DNA from: Bacteroidales bacterium OttesenSCG-928-B11
GTDB lineage: Bacteria > Bacteroidota > Bacteroidia > Bacteroidales > WCHB1-69
Assembly: GCA_030267125.1 (NCBI GenBank)
Contig: JAJDJJ010000003.1
Coordinates: forward strand, 309-64,308
Direction of reading: 5' to 3'
DNA: 64,000 nt
Made by a program: the position numbers and the translations under genes. The notes beneath the pieces were generated by a model. The model was given only the letters and a program-made list of their open reading frames with translations, did no database searches and was not told the DNA's origin. Each line of letters opens with the position of its first letter. The stretch's first letter is position 1. This document shows, piece after piece, positions 56,580 to 64,000 of this stretch.

Positions 56580-57503
56580 TTATTCATACTCCTCCATAAC
56601 CGTATAAATCGGTCTTTTTTTCACTTCATCGAACAGGAAGCCTATATATTCTCCGATTATTCCTATCACCAACAAATTGACGCTAAACATGGCGCTGATC
56701 AAAATAACAATGGTGGTATAACCCGACACCGGGGTATCTACAATCCACATGATTAACGAGTAGACGATCACAATGAGACTAAAAAGACCAAATAACGCAC
56801 TGCTCCACAAGGCAATTTTCAACGGCGCTTTCGACAATGCGGAGACCGCTGAGAACGACAATACGATCAGTTTGAACAAAGAATACTTGCTCTCGCCGGC
56901 GATACGCTTAGGTGCGTCAAATTGAATCTGCGTTTTTTTGAAACCCATGATTTGGATAAATCCGCGTAAAAAACGGGTGCGTTCGCGATAATCTGTTTTC
57001 AAAACAGCGGCAATTCGTTTGGAGATCATGAAGAAGTCGGAGGCATTCGGTTCTAATTTTTCGTGAATAATCCTGTTGGTCATCCAATAAAAAAACGAGG
57101 AAGTCCATCGTTTCAAAAAACCGGCATCCGCCCTGCTATTCCTCACCATATTGACAATATCAAACCCTTCCGATCTTTTGCACAGCATCTCAGCTATATA
57201 ATGTGGAGGGTGCTGCAAATCAGCATCCATACAAACCACAGACTCTCCCCTACTCTTATCGATCCCCGCAATCATCGCCGCTTCATGCCCGAAGTTTTTT
57301 GAAAAATCGACAATAATCACTCGGGCATCTTGCTCCAAAAAACTTTTCAAAATAGACAAACTACCATCTCTGCTGCCATCATTTACAAAAATAATTTCGG
57401 CAGTCACAGGCAGTTTCGCAAGCTCATCCGACAAAACGGCATAGAATGACGGCAACGATTCTTCTTCGTTATATACTGATACTACAACAGATAGGTCAAT
57501 CAT
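56580..57503 (-). CDS. GT2 polyprenol-phosphate glycosyltransferase (GtrB/ArnC-like)
   Basis: VSVYNEE, VNDGSRDGS, NFGHEAA, MDADLQHPP, two C-terminal TM helices, KKRPIY. Confidence 0.9.
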   Translation of the reverse strand: MIDLSVVVSVYNEEESLPSFYAVLSDELAKLPVTAEIIFVNDGSRDGSLSILKSFLEQDARVIIVDFSKNFGHEAAMIAGIDKSRGESVVCMDADLQHPPHYIAEMLCKRSEGFDIVNMVRNSRADAGFLKRWTSSFFYWMTNRIIHEKLEPNASDFFMISKRIAAVLKTDYRERTRFLRGFIQIMGFKKTQIQFDAPKRIAGESKYSLFKLIVLSFSAVSALSKAPLKIALWSSALFGLFSLIVIVYSLIMWIVDTPVSGYTTIVILISAMFSVNLLVIGIIGEYIGFLFDEVKKRPIYTVMEEYE

Positions 57504-57602
57504 CGGCACTATTTTTTTAGGGAAAACAAAAATACATTTTTTAGCAGACAATAAACCCCATCCACTTCTTCTTTTCGCTTATTTTTGTTTTCAAAAACAA
57601 CA

Positions 57603-58586
57603 ATGCGATTTCGACGATTTTTTCATTCCTTACTTTTAATTATCGCTGCCGCTTCTTGCGCTCAAAACGACCTTCACAAAATCAATGGCAATGGATTGGG
57701 CACTTATTACCAAATCACCTATATCGGCAAAGATGCGCCGGATTTAAAACCTCAAATCGACTCATTATTACAATATTACTCGCAACAATTCTCTATTTTC
57801 GACACTACTTCCATCGTACACCATCTCAATATCAACAAGACCAATGAAGTCCCTGATGAATTTATCAATTTAATAGAAAAATCATTAGAAATCAGCCTGA
57901 AAACCGGTGGCGCTTTCGACATAACGATTGCCCCATTAGTCTCCTACTGGGGTTTTGCCCAAGAGGAGTTTACCTCCATCGACAGCGCACATATCGACAG
58001 TTTGAGATCTTTTATCGGTTATCAGAATATTATAGTCAGCAACAACGTATTGCTTAAAACGGACGATCGTATCAAACTAAATTTCAATGCAATTGCAAAA
58101 GGATACATTGTGGATAGAGTAACGGATTTTTTACTTGCGCAAGGATTTAACAATTTTATCGTGGATATTGGCGGGGAGATGTTTTGCATGGGCGACAAGA
58201 ATGGCAAACCGTGGCAAGTCGGTATTCAACGCCCCACGAGTGACCGCAATGGGAATTTCGATTCCGCACACATTTTACCGCTTACTAGCAAAGCAATCGC
58301 TACCAGTGGCAACTATCGAAATTACAAAGAGTTGAATGGCGAACGCTACACCCACATCATCAATCCCAAAACAGGATTCCCCGAGAGGAGTTCACTTCTG
58401 AGTGTTTCTGTCATCGCCAACGATTGTGCCACTGCCGATGCCTTAGCCACTGCTTTCATGGTGATGGGGCTGGAAGAATCTACACGGTTCTTAGAAGCAA
58501 ACCCGGAGTATGAAGCGCTATTCATTTCTATTGAAGAAGAAGGCTTTAAGATTTCCGGATTTGGCTCCTCTTTTCCATCGCTTTAG
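57603..58586 (+). CDS. apbE: FAD:protein FMN transferase (lipoprotein)
   Basis: GAFDITI, NAIAKGY.VD, VDIGGE, ATSGNY, HIINPKTG, ADALATA. Confidence 0.93.
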   Translation: MRFRRFFHSLLLIIAAASCAQNDLHKINGNGLGTYYQITYIGKDAPDLKPQIDSLLQYYSQQFSIFDTTSIVHHLNINKTNEVPDEFINLIEKSLEISLKTGGAFDITIAPLVSYWGFAQEEFTSIDSAHIDSLRSFIGYQNIIVSNNVLLKTDDRIKLNFNAIAKGYIVDRVTDFLLAQGFNNFIVDIGGEMFCMGDKNGKPWQVGIQRPTSDRNGNFDSAHILPLTSKAIATSGNYRNYKELNGERYTHIINPKTGFPERSSLLSVSVIANDCATADALATAFMVMGLEESTRFLEANPEYEALFISIEEEGFKISGFGSSFPSL

Positions 58587-58607
58587 TAAATTTTTGATTT
58601 CCAGTTT

Positions 58608-61600
58608 TTAATTCTTGACGAATTTCTTCACTGCCGCCCCCTGTCCACCGGTAAGTTTGATAAAATAGACACCGGCATTATACTGGGAGATGTTGACGCT
58701 GAAATCTAACTCGCCAATCGCCTCCGCATGAACCACCTGACCTATGATATTCACGATTTCCATTTTCTCAAACGGGAAATCCAACTTCACATTCAGTATG
58801 TTTTCCGCCGGATTCGGATAAATCAACACTCGGCTTTCCAACTGATAATCATCAGCAAGACTTGTCTCTACAAATTCAACATGGATCGCGTGGTTAGCCT
58901 GCACGTTCCGGAATGTATAGTTATTATTTTCATACTCATCCGGATCTGCTATCACATTGTCAACCATAACCTGACTGATTTTACAACTTGCATCCGGAGA
59001 TAATGTGAAAGTCTGGTTTTGTCCTTCGCTCACAACCACCGTATCCGCAGGCTGAATTGTTCCGTTTGGACCTGAAGTAGCTATAATGATATATGTATTT
59101 CGAGCGGTTGTGAAGCTTCCGGTTGCATAACCACTTTCCCTATCATTACTACAAATAGTTTTAACGCGCACATCATAATTTGTGCCCGGAGTAAGATTGT
59201 CAAGTGTGTGGGATGTTTCCGTGAGCGAAAGTTCCAAATAAGTACTTTCCTCGTTTTTCTTGTATTCCAAAACACTTGAGACAGCATTTCCGGGAAGCGC
59301 CCAAGTTATATCTGCAGTAGTTGTTCGTATATCCGTAATTGACAAATCAGCAGGAGCATCACAACCAATATATTCGGTCGTAAACGAGACACCCTTGGAG
59401 TAATCACTGGTATCGGCAACTCCACAATAGGCTCTCATATAAAATGTATAAGATACACCGGCATCTAAATCTGTCAACATAAAAGGATTGGTATTTGCAA
59501 CGATTTGCGAAGCGGAACCATCGCCCGGAATAAATTCCTCGTCACTATATTCAATAATCCAATGCAGGGGCCTTCCGGCATCTTCCCAGGAAATATAAAC
59601 GGAGTTGCTTGTAATAGTGTCGGTGCTAATATTTTTCGGCGCAGAACAGTCCGGAATTGTGGAAAGTTCAACATCATCTAAGAAAAACATATAAGTTGAA
59701 TTATGCTTAATGGCAATATACCTTCCCGCACCGGTATAGTTATTAAAATATACCGTATGTTCTTCAAAAGTCAAGTATGAGCGCGGAGTTACGGTTTGAA
59801 CCGATTCAAAAGTGGAGATGTCCCTCGGGTTGGTCATCACACCCACTTCAATAGACGCTATAGGTGCGTTGAATCTGGCTTGGAAGGTGAGCATCAGATC
59901 CGAAACATTAATCGTTTCACCATCTATGCCGGGCAAAACAGCCAGGTTATACGTCGTGGCGGAAGAGCTGAAATAGAGCGAATTAGGAGCTGAAGTATTA
60001 TGTGTGTACGAAGGATGCGGCAGATATTCCGTTTGGGATTGATTGTCAGATCGTTGCCAACATTCAGGAAAATAATCAGAACCGGTTATCAGACTATCGA
60101 AACCTTGAACGTACGGTAAGTCATCGAGAGTCAACGGGTCGCAGGATGCAGTGAAATAATGGGACATTGACCAGTCACCGACAATACCGTCATTACAGTC
60201 AGCACGGACATATAACAAGTAGTCCGTATTGGGTTGCAGATCTGAAATAGTTACAAAAGTGTCGGTAACAGAGACCGGAGCTGCCAAGTTGGGATCTTCA
60301 TTAGGTGCAACAACACATACATCATAGCCGTAGACTCCGGTTATTGAATCCCATGCTACTGTCACGCTATTTTCATATACAGCTGTAATCCGAATATGTG
60401 GCGGGCGGGGACAATCCGGCGCCTCATCTATTTTCAAATCATCAACATAGATGGCATTGCTCTCCGATCCGTACATAATTCTTCCATCCACCATAATGGC
60501 AATATAGCGTCCCATGCCTCCATACAGTGAAAGTGGGACGGAAAAGAAAGACCAAGTATTCCGTGTCTGAATAGGAAGAAGTTCCACGCGGGTATAAGTT
60601 GAAATATCTTCCGGATCGGTCATTACACCCACTTCAATTTTTCTATCTATATGGGCTGTATAAACAGAGAAGGATATTTCCAATTCTTTGATATTAATTG
60701 ATGCGTCTATTTTAGGAAGAACGCTGGCCGAATAGCCCGTGCTTCTCGGATTAAAGAAAAGAGAGGCTGTTCCACTAAGATGGGCTGTATTATTCACATA
60801 CGGATAGTTTGTTCCGGAAGACAATCCGGTCCAACAACCTGGATGAACCGTTGATCCTGAACCGTACCTATCGAATCCTTCCGTAAACGGAATGGATTTT
60901 ATATCACTGCAAGGTGTTGTAAAGGTTGCGATTGTAACTTCACTGGTATCATTACCCGAACAAGTCACATAGCCTCTTAGCGTATACGTTGTGCTGAAAT
61001 CCAAATTAGTTAGTGTAAAGAAATCGCCAACAGGATTCTCCAATTGTTTCCACACGACATCGCCAGCCGCTTGGTACTCAAAATGCCTGTTTTCTTGAAC
61101 TTGCGACGACACATAAAAAATATCGGCTGATTCGGCGGTAATATTATTCGCAATAATATTAGGTTGCATACAGTTAACGACATCGCATCCCAAATAGAAA
61201 ATCATGTTTGGGCGCTCATTATAAGTATACCCGGCAGGGGGAGAAGTAATGCTGTATGCAGTACTGCCCGCATCAAAAATGGACATATCTGAAGTGGTTT
61301 TGTGTGCTCTGAAATAGTAATTGTAATTTGATTGGCTTGCCCCCGATTTATCATTAAAACAGATGACCAAATTATCTTGCCCGTTATAAATAAATGGCGT
61401 GTTGAAATTGAAAATGTCTAAAGAAGATGTCCCGTTAAGCGGACCGGAATAGACCAGTTGAAGATTGGTAGCAGCAACCCAATCCGTTGAATTTGAAAAA
61501 TTTGATTTTGTGGTATGCCCCATATAAATATCCACATTATTCTTCGTCGTCATAGGCAGAGAATAACCGTAATTCAAAGCGACCCCGGTAATTGTTGTGC

Positions 61601-64000
61601 CACCTGAAAATTCACTACTAAGAAAAATGGTCTGGGATATGGAATAGTTTTCATACGTAGTTACCGGAAGTTCAAGATTTTCTTTCGTTCCGGTATTCAT
61701 TGACACGTCGCCACCGGTAATACATTCCAGGCTAAACTCTTCCGCATAAGCATAAGCACTAGAATCGCCATCGCAATCGGTTTGTACCCGCACTTGATAA
61801 GTACCCATATCACTTAATCCGGAAATAACACAGCGGGGTTCCGTTGCAAGGACCGTATTCCATGTGTCTTCATGATCCGCTTTAAACTGTACTATGTATT
61901 GTATGGGGGAATCTCCCAGTGTGCTAGGCGTCCATTTTACCAAAGCTGAACCATATTGAATATCAGAAACGACAACATCTCTAGCCGGGAAACAACTAAT
62001 ATCGTTAGATTCTATAACCACATTATCAATGTAAAATTCATTGTTTTCATTTGTGCCGTTCACTCTAAAAACAAGGTGTCTTCCATCCGAATCGTAATCC
62101 AAAAAAGAAATGATGCTTTCTTTCCATGCATTAATTCCTTCCGGTATTATGGTCGCATACGTTTCATACGTTGAAATATCATTCGGATCTTTCATAAACC
62201 CAATTTCCAAGGAATGCTCCGCATGAGTACAGTAATAATCAAACACCAAGCGCATGGAAGCAATGTCTTCCAAAATAGTTATTTGCGGAGCAACAGCTAT
62301 ATTATATTGTCCCGTTTCCGCATAAAGATACAATGAATTTAATCCGCTATTCGCGTACATGGATGAGAGATGCGGATAGGTGGCGAACGATGAATTTCTA
62401 GTCCAACAATTAGGCAATACACCGGCTCCACTCTCCTCTCTATCAAATGATTCACTATATGGAATGGAAACAAAATCACCACACGAGGTACGGTAGGTCA
62501 CTTCGCGCCATTCACTCTCCGTTGTGTCAGCACCCGCGCACAAGGCTTTTATGCGGAAAGTGTAAATTGCATTGCTACTTAAACCGGCAACTGTATAAGT
62601 GGTATCATCTATCGCCGTTTCCGTATTCCACTGCGTTTCACCCTCCGCCTTATATTGCAATTCGAACAGACTTTCGGTTCTGCCTGGTATCCAACTCACT
62701 TTAACACCTTCTTCCGTATCGGAAGCTATACAAATATTAGCCGGCGCACAATCGGTTGTAGCCGAACAATCCGCATAGAATACAATATTGGGACGCAAGG
62801 CTGCTCTGGTAGAGTGCGCTATAGAAGGAATGGTTACAGAAGGGGGATTATTGAAACTTGGCGGCACAGCAGTGCTATAGTAGTGGAGTGTTTGATTGGC
62901 AGAAGCGGCATGGACTTTAAAAGCAAAATTGCCGGCTCCGGCTGTTCCCGAACTATCCAAGAAACAGACAACCAGATTATTCGTTCCATTATATTGGAAG
63001 GCCGTATCAAACATAAAAGTATTTACTCCGGCCGTGCATTTCAGGTTGCCGGAGTAGACCAACTTGATTTGAGGTTCGGCATACCAAGTCGTATCGTCGG
63101 AAAATGTACTTTCTGTCACATGTCCCAAATATATTTTCACATTGTTTTTCCCATTTGTATTCCCAACACCTAACTCCAAGTCAATACCTCGGATTGTGGT
63201 TGCTCCTCCCATTTCACTTTGCAGGAAGATACTTTGTGACGAGGAGTAATTACGTCCCGGATAGATCGGAATATACGGATTGGTTGTAGTTCCCGTATTA
63301 AAGAAGACATCTCCGCCTTCCGTGCAGATGGTGGTAAAAGAAGTATGTGCCGTATCCGTGGTCGTTTCATCCAAACATGCGCGATAAACCTTCACATCAT
63401 ACGTTGTCCTCTCCGTTAATCCGGAAAAGATATAGTTCCTGTTTTCGGTGATGGTATAATTCCAGTTTCCGGTACCTTCTTCCGAAATTCCGACATGAAA
63501 TAAAGAAGAAGAAGTTGCATCCGGCACATCCCAATTCGCAATAGCTGAATTTCCGGCAACTTGGTTTACCGTCAAATTGATTGGATCCAGACAAATAAGC
63601 GAGGGTCTTATCAGAACATTGTCAATAAACATCTCATTAGCGACATCTTTCCCTTTCACCCTGAAAGCGATCATGCGCGCATTTCCGTCATATTCCGAGA
63701 AAGGAATGTTGAAACGTTCCCATTTGCCCACTTCTGCCGGTGTAACCGTTGCTAAGGTTACAAACGATGACGTATCCAAATGATCAAGCATAACGCCAAT
63801 TTCAACGGTGTAATTTATGGCAGATTTGAAAGCGTCAAAAGATATGAACAGATCTTGAATTGATTCCGAAGAAGTAACAGCACTTGATGCCACAATACAA
63901 CAGCCCCCTTTATCGGCATAAAGTTGCAATGAGTTCGAGGAAGATGCCGAATGGGTAGAAGAAATCACAGGATACGATGTGTTACTTGAGAAATAGTTCC
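58608..64000 (-). CDS. Giant T9SS-secreted surface protein with FN3 and cleaved-adhesin-like repeats (5' end beyond the window)
   Basis: Frame stays open to the window edge. FN3 motifs (L...T.Y...V...C), repeated PY.E.FD...P.CW modules, C-terminal CTD LIYPNPA...AGVYFIKL...KKFVK. Confidence 0.88.
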   Translation of the reverse strand, partial: NYFSSNTSYPVISSTHSASSSNSLQLYADKGGCCIVASSAVTSSESIQDLFISFDAFKSAINYTVEIGVMLDHLDTSSFVTLATVTPAEVGKWERFNIPFSEYDGNARMIAFRVKGKDVANEMFIDNVLIRPSLICLDPINLTVNQVAGNSAIANWDVPDATSSSLFHVGISEEGTGNWNYTITENRNYIFSGLTERTTYDVKVYRACLDETTTDTAHTSFTTICTEGGDVFFNTGTTTNPYIPIYPGRNYSSSQSIFLQSEMGGATTIRGIDLELGVGNTNGKNNVKIYLGHVTESTFSDDTTWYAEPQIKLVYSGNLKCTAGVNTFMFDTAFQYNGTNNLVVCFLDSSGTAGAGNFAFKVHAASANQTLHYYSTAVPPSFNNPPSVTIPSIAHSTRAALRPNIVFYADCSATTDCAPANICIASDTEEGVKVSWIPGRTESLFELQYKAEGETQWNTETAIDDTTYTVAGLSSNAIYTFRIKALCAGADTTESEWREVTYRTSCGDFVSIPYSESFDREESGAGVLPNCWTRNSSFATYPHLSSMYANSGLNSLYLYAETGQYNIAVAPQITILEDIASMRLVFDYYCTHAEHSLEIGFMKDPNDISTYETYATIIPEGINAWKESIISFLDYDSDGRHLVFRVNGTNENNEFYIDNVVIESNDISCFPARDVVVSDIQYGSALVKWTPSTLGDSPIQYIVQFKADHEDTWNTVLATEPRCVISGLSDMGTYQVRVQTDCDGDSSAYAYAEEFSLECITGGDVSMNTGTKENLELPVTTYENYSISQTIFLSSEFSGGTTITGVALNYGYSLPMTTKNNVDIYMGHTTKSNFSNSTDWVAATNLQLVYSGPLNGTSSLDIFNFNTPFIYNGQDNLVICFNDKSGASQSNYNYYFRAHKTTSDMSIFDAGSTAYSITSPPAGYTYNERPNMIFYLGCDVVNCMQPNIIANNITAESADIFYVSSQVQENRHFEYQAAGDVVWKQLENPVGDFFTLTNLDFSTTYTLRGYVTCSGNDTSEVTIATFTTPCSDIKSIPFTEGFDRYGSGSTVHPGCWTGLSSGTNYPYVNNTAHLSGTASLFFNPRSTGYSASVLPKIDASINIKELEISFSVYTAHIDRKIEVGVMTDPEDISTYTRVELLPIQTRNTWSFFSVPLSLYGGMGRYIAIMVDGRIMYGSESNAIYVDDLKIDEAPDCPRPPHIRITAVYENSVTVAWDSITGVYGYDVCVVAPNEDPNLAAPVSVTDTFVTISDLQPNTDYLLYVRADCNDGIVGDWSMSHYFTASCDPLTLDDLPYVQGFDSLITGSDYFPECWQRSDNQSQTEYLPHPSYTHNTSAPNSLYFSSSATTYNLAVLPGIDGETINVSDLMLTFQARFNAPIASIEVGVMTNPRDISTFESVQTVTPRSYLTFEEHTVYFNNYTGAGRYIAIKHNSTYMFFLDDVELSTIPDCSAPKNISTDTITSNSVYISWEDAGRPLHWIIEYSDEEFIPGDGSASQIVANTNPFMLTDLDAGVSYTFYMRAYCGVADTSDYSKGVSFTTEYIGCDAPADLSITDIRTTTADITWALPGNAVSSVLEYKKNEESTYLELSLTETSHTLDNLTPGTNYDVRVKTICSNDRESGYATGSFTTARNTYIIIATSGPNGTIQPADTVVVSEGQNQTFTLSPDASCKISQVMVDNVIADPDEYENNNYTFRNVQANHAIHVEFVETSLADDYQLESRVLIYPNPAENILNVKLDFPFEKMEIVNIIGQVVHAEAIGELDFSVNISQYNAGVYFIKLTGGQGAAVKKFVKN

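Noticed and set aside
1-64000. CRISPR array, tRNA or rRNA genes
   Set aside because: No regularly spaced 25-45-bp direct repeats with unique spacers, and no cloverleaf or rRNA-like sequence recognised by eye.

Overview
A 64-kb chromosomal window from an anaerobic Bacteroidales-like bacterium, judged from TAnnTTTG -7 promoters, a TonB-dependent receptor and a T9SS C-terminal domain protein. The core backbone carries pstS/pstC, mltD, holB, rtcB, a redox/nitrosative-stress cluster (hcp, trxA, CoA-disulfide reductase fusion, HcpR-like Crp/Fnr), lon, rpmE2, apbE and a giant FN3/T9SS surface protein cut by the right edge. Three accessory blocks interrupt it. (1) A ~13-kb AT-rich defence island (4.6-17.7 kb) inside a phosphate-uptake locus: HipBA-like TA, XRE controller plus Eco57I-like type IIG R-M with companion MTase, a SIR2/type-IIG chimeric scar, a GHKL-ATPase/PD-(D/E)XK nuclease fusion and a VbhA-Fic-HTH protein. 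(2) A WYL-regulator block (27-30.6 kb) in which three promoters carry the same TGC(C/T)-N7-GGCA palindrome exactly 11 bp before the -7 box. (3) A type I (EcoAI-like) R-M operon (40.7-48.5 kb) that truncates ygbA and embeds a RhuM/PLD-like gene and a second GHKL-nuclease homolog between hsdS and hsdR. The best candidates for an undescribed system are the two R-M-embedded GHKL-nuclease homologs and the WYL regulon (TM2 gene with a structured leader, an orphan 264-aa gene, WYL). Non-coding structure is rich: a ~68-bp promoter shared by the TBDR and pstS, a 180-bp diverged duplicate of the pstC 3' end, heptamer palindromes inside pstC, REPIN-like nested palindromes, and REP-like fragments in-frame in all three hsd genes. 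No CRISPR array, tRNA, rRNA or integrase was seen. Family assignments come from motif recognition by eye; no database searches were run.
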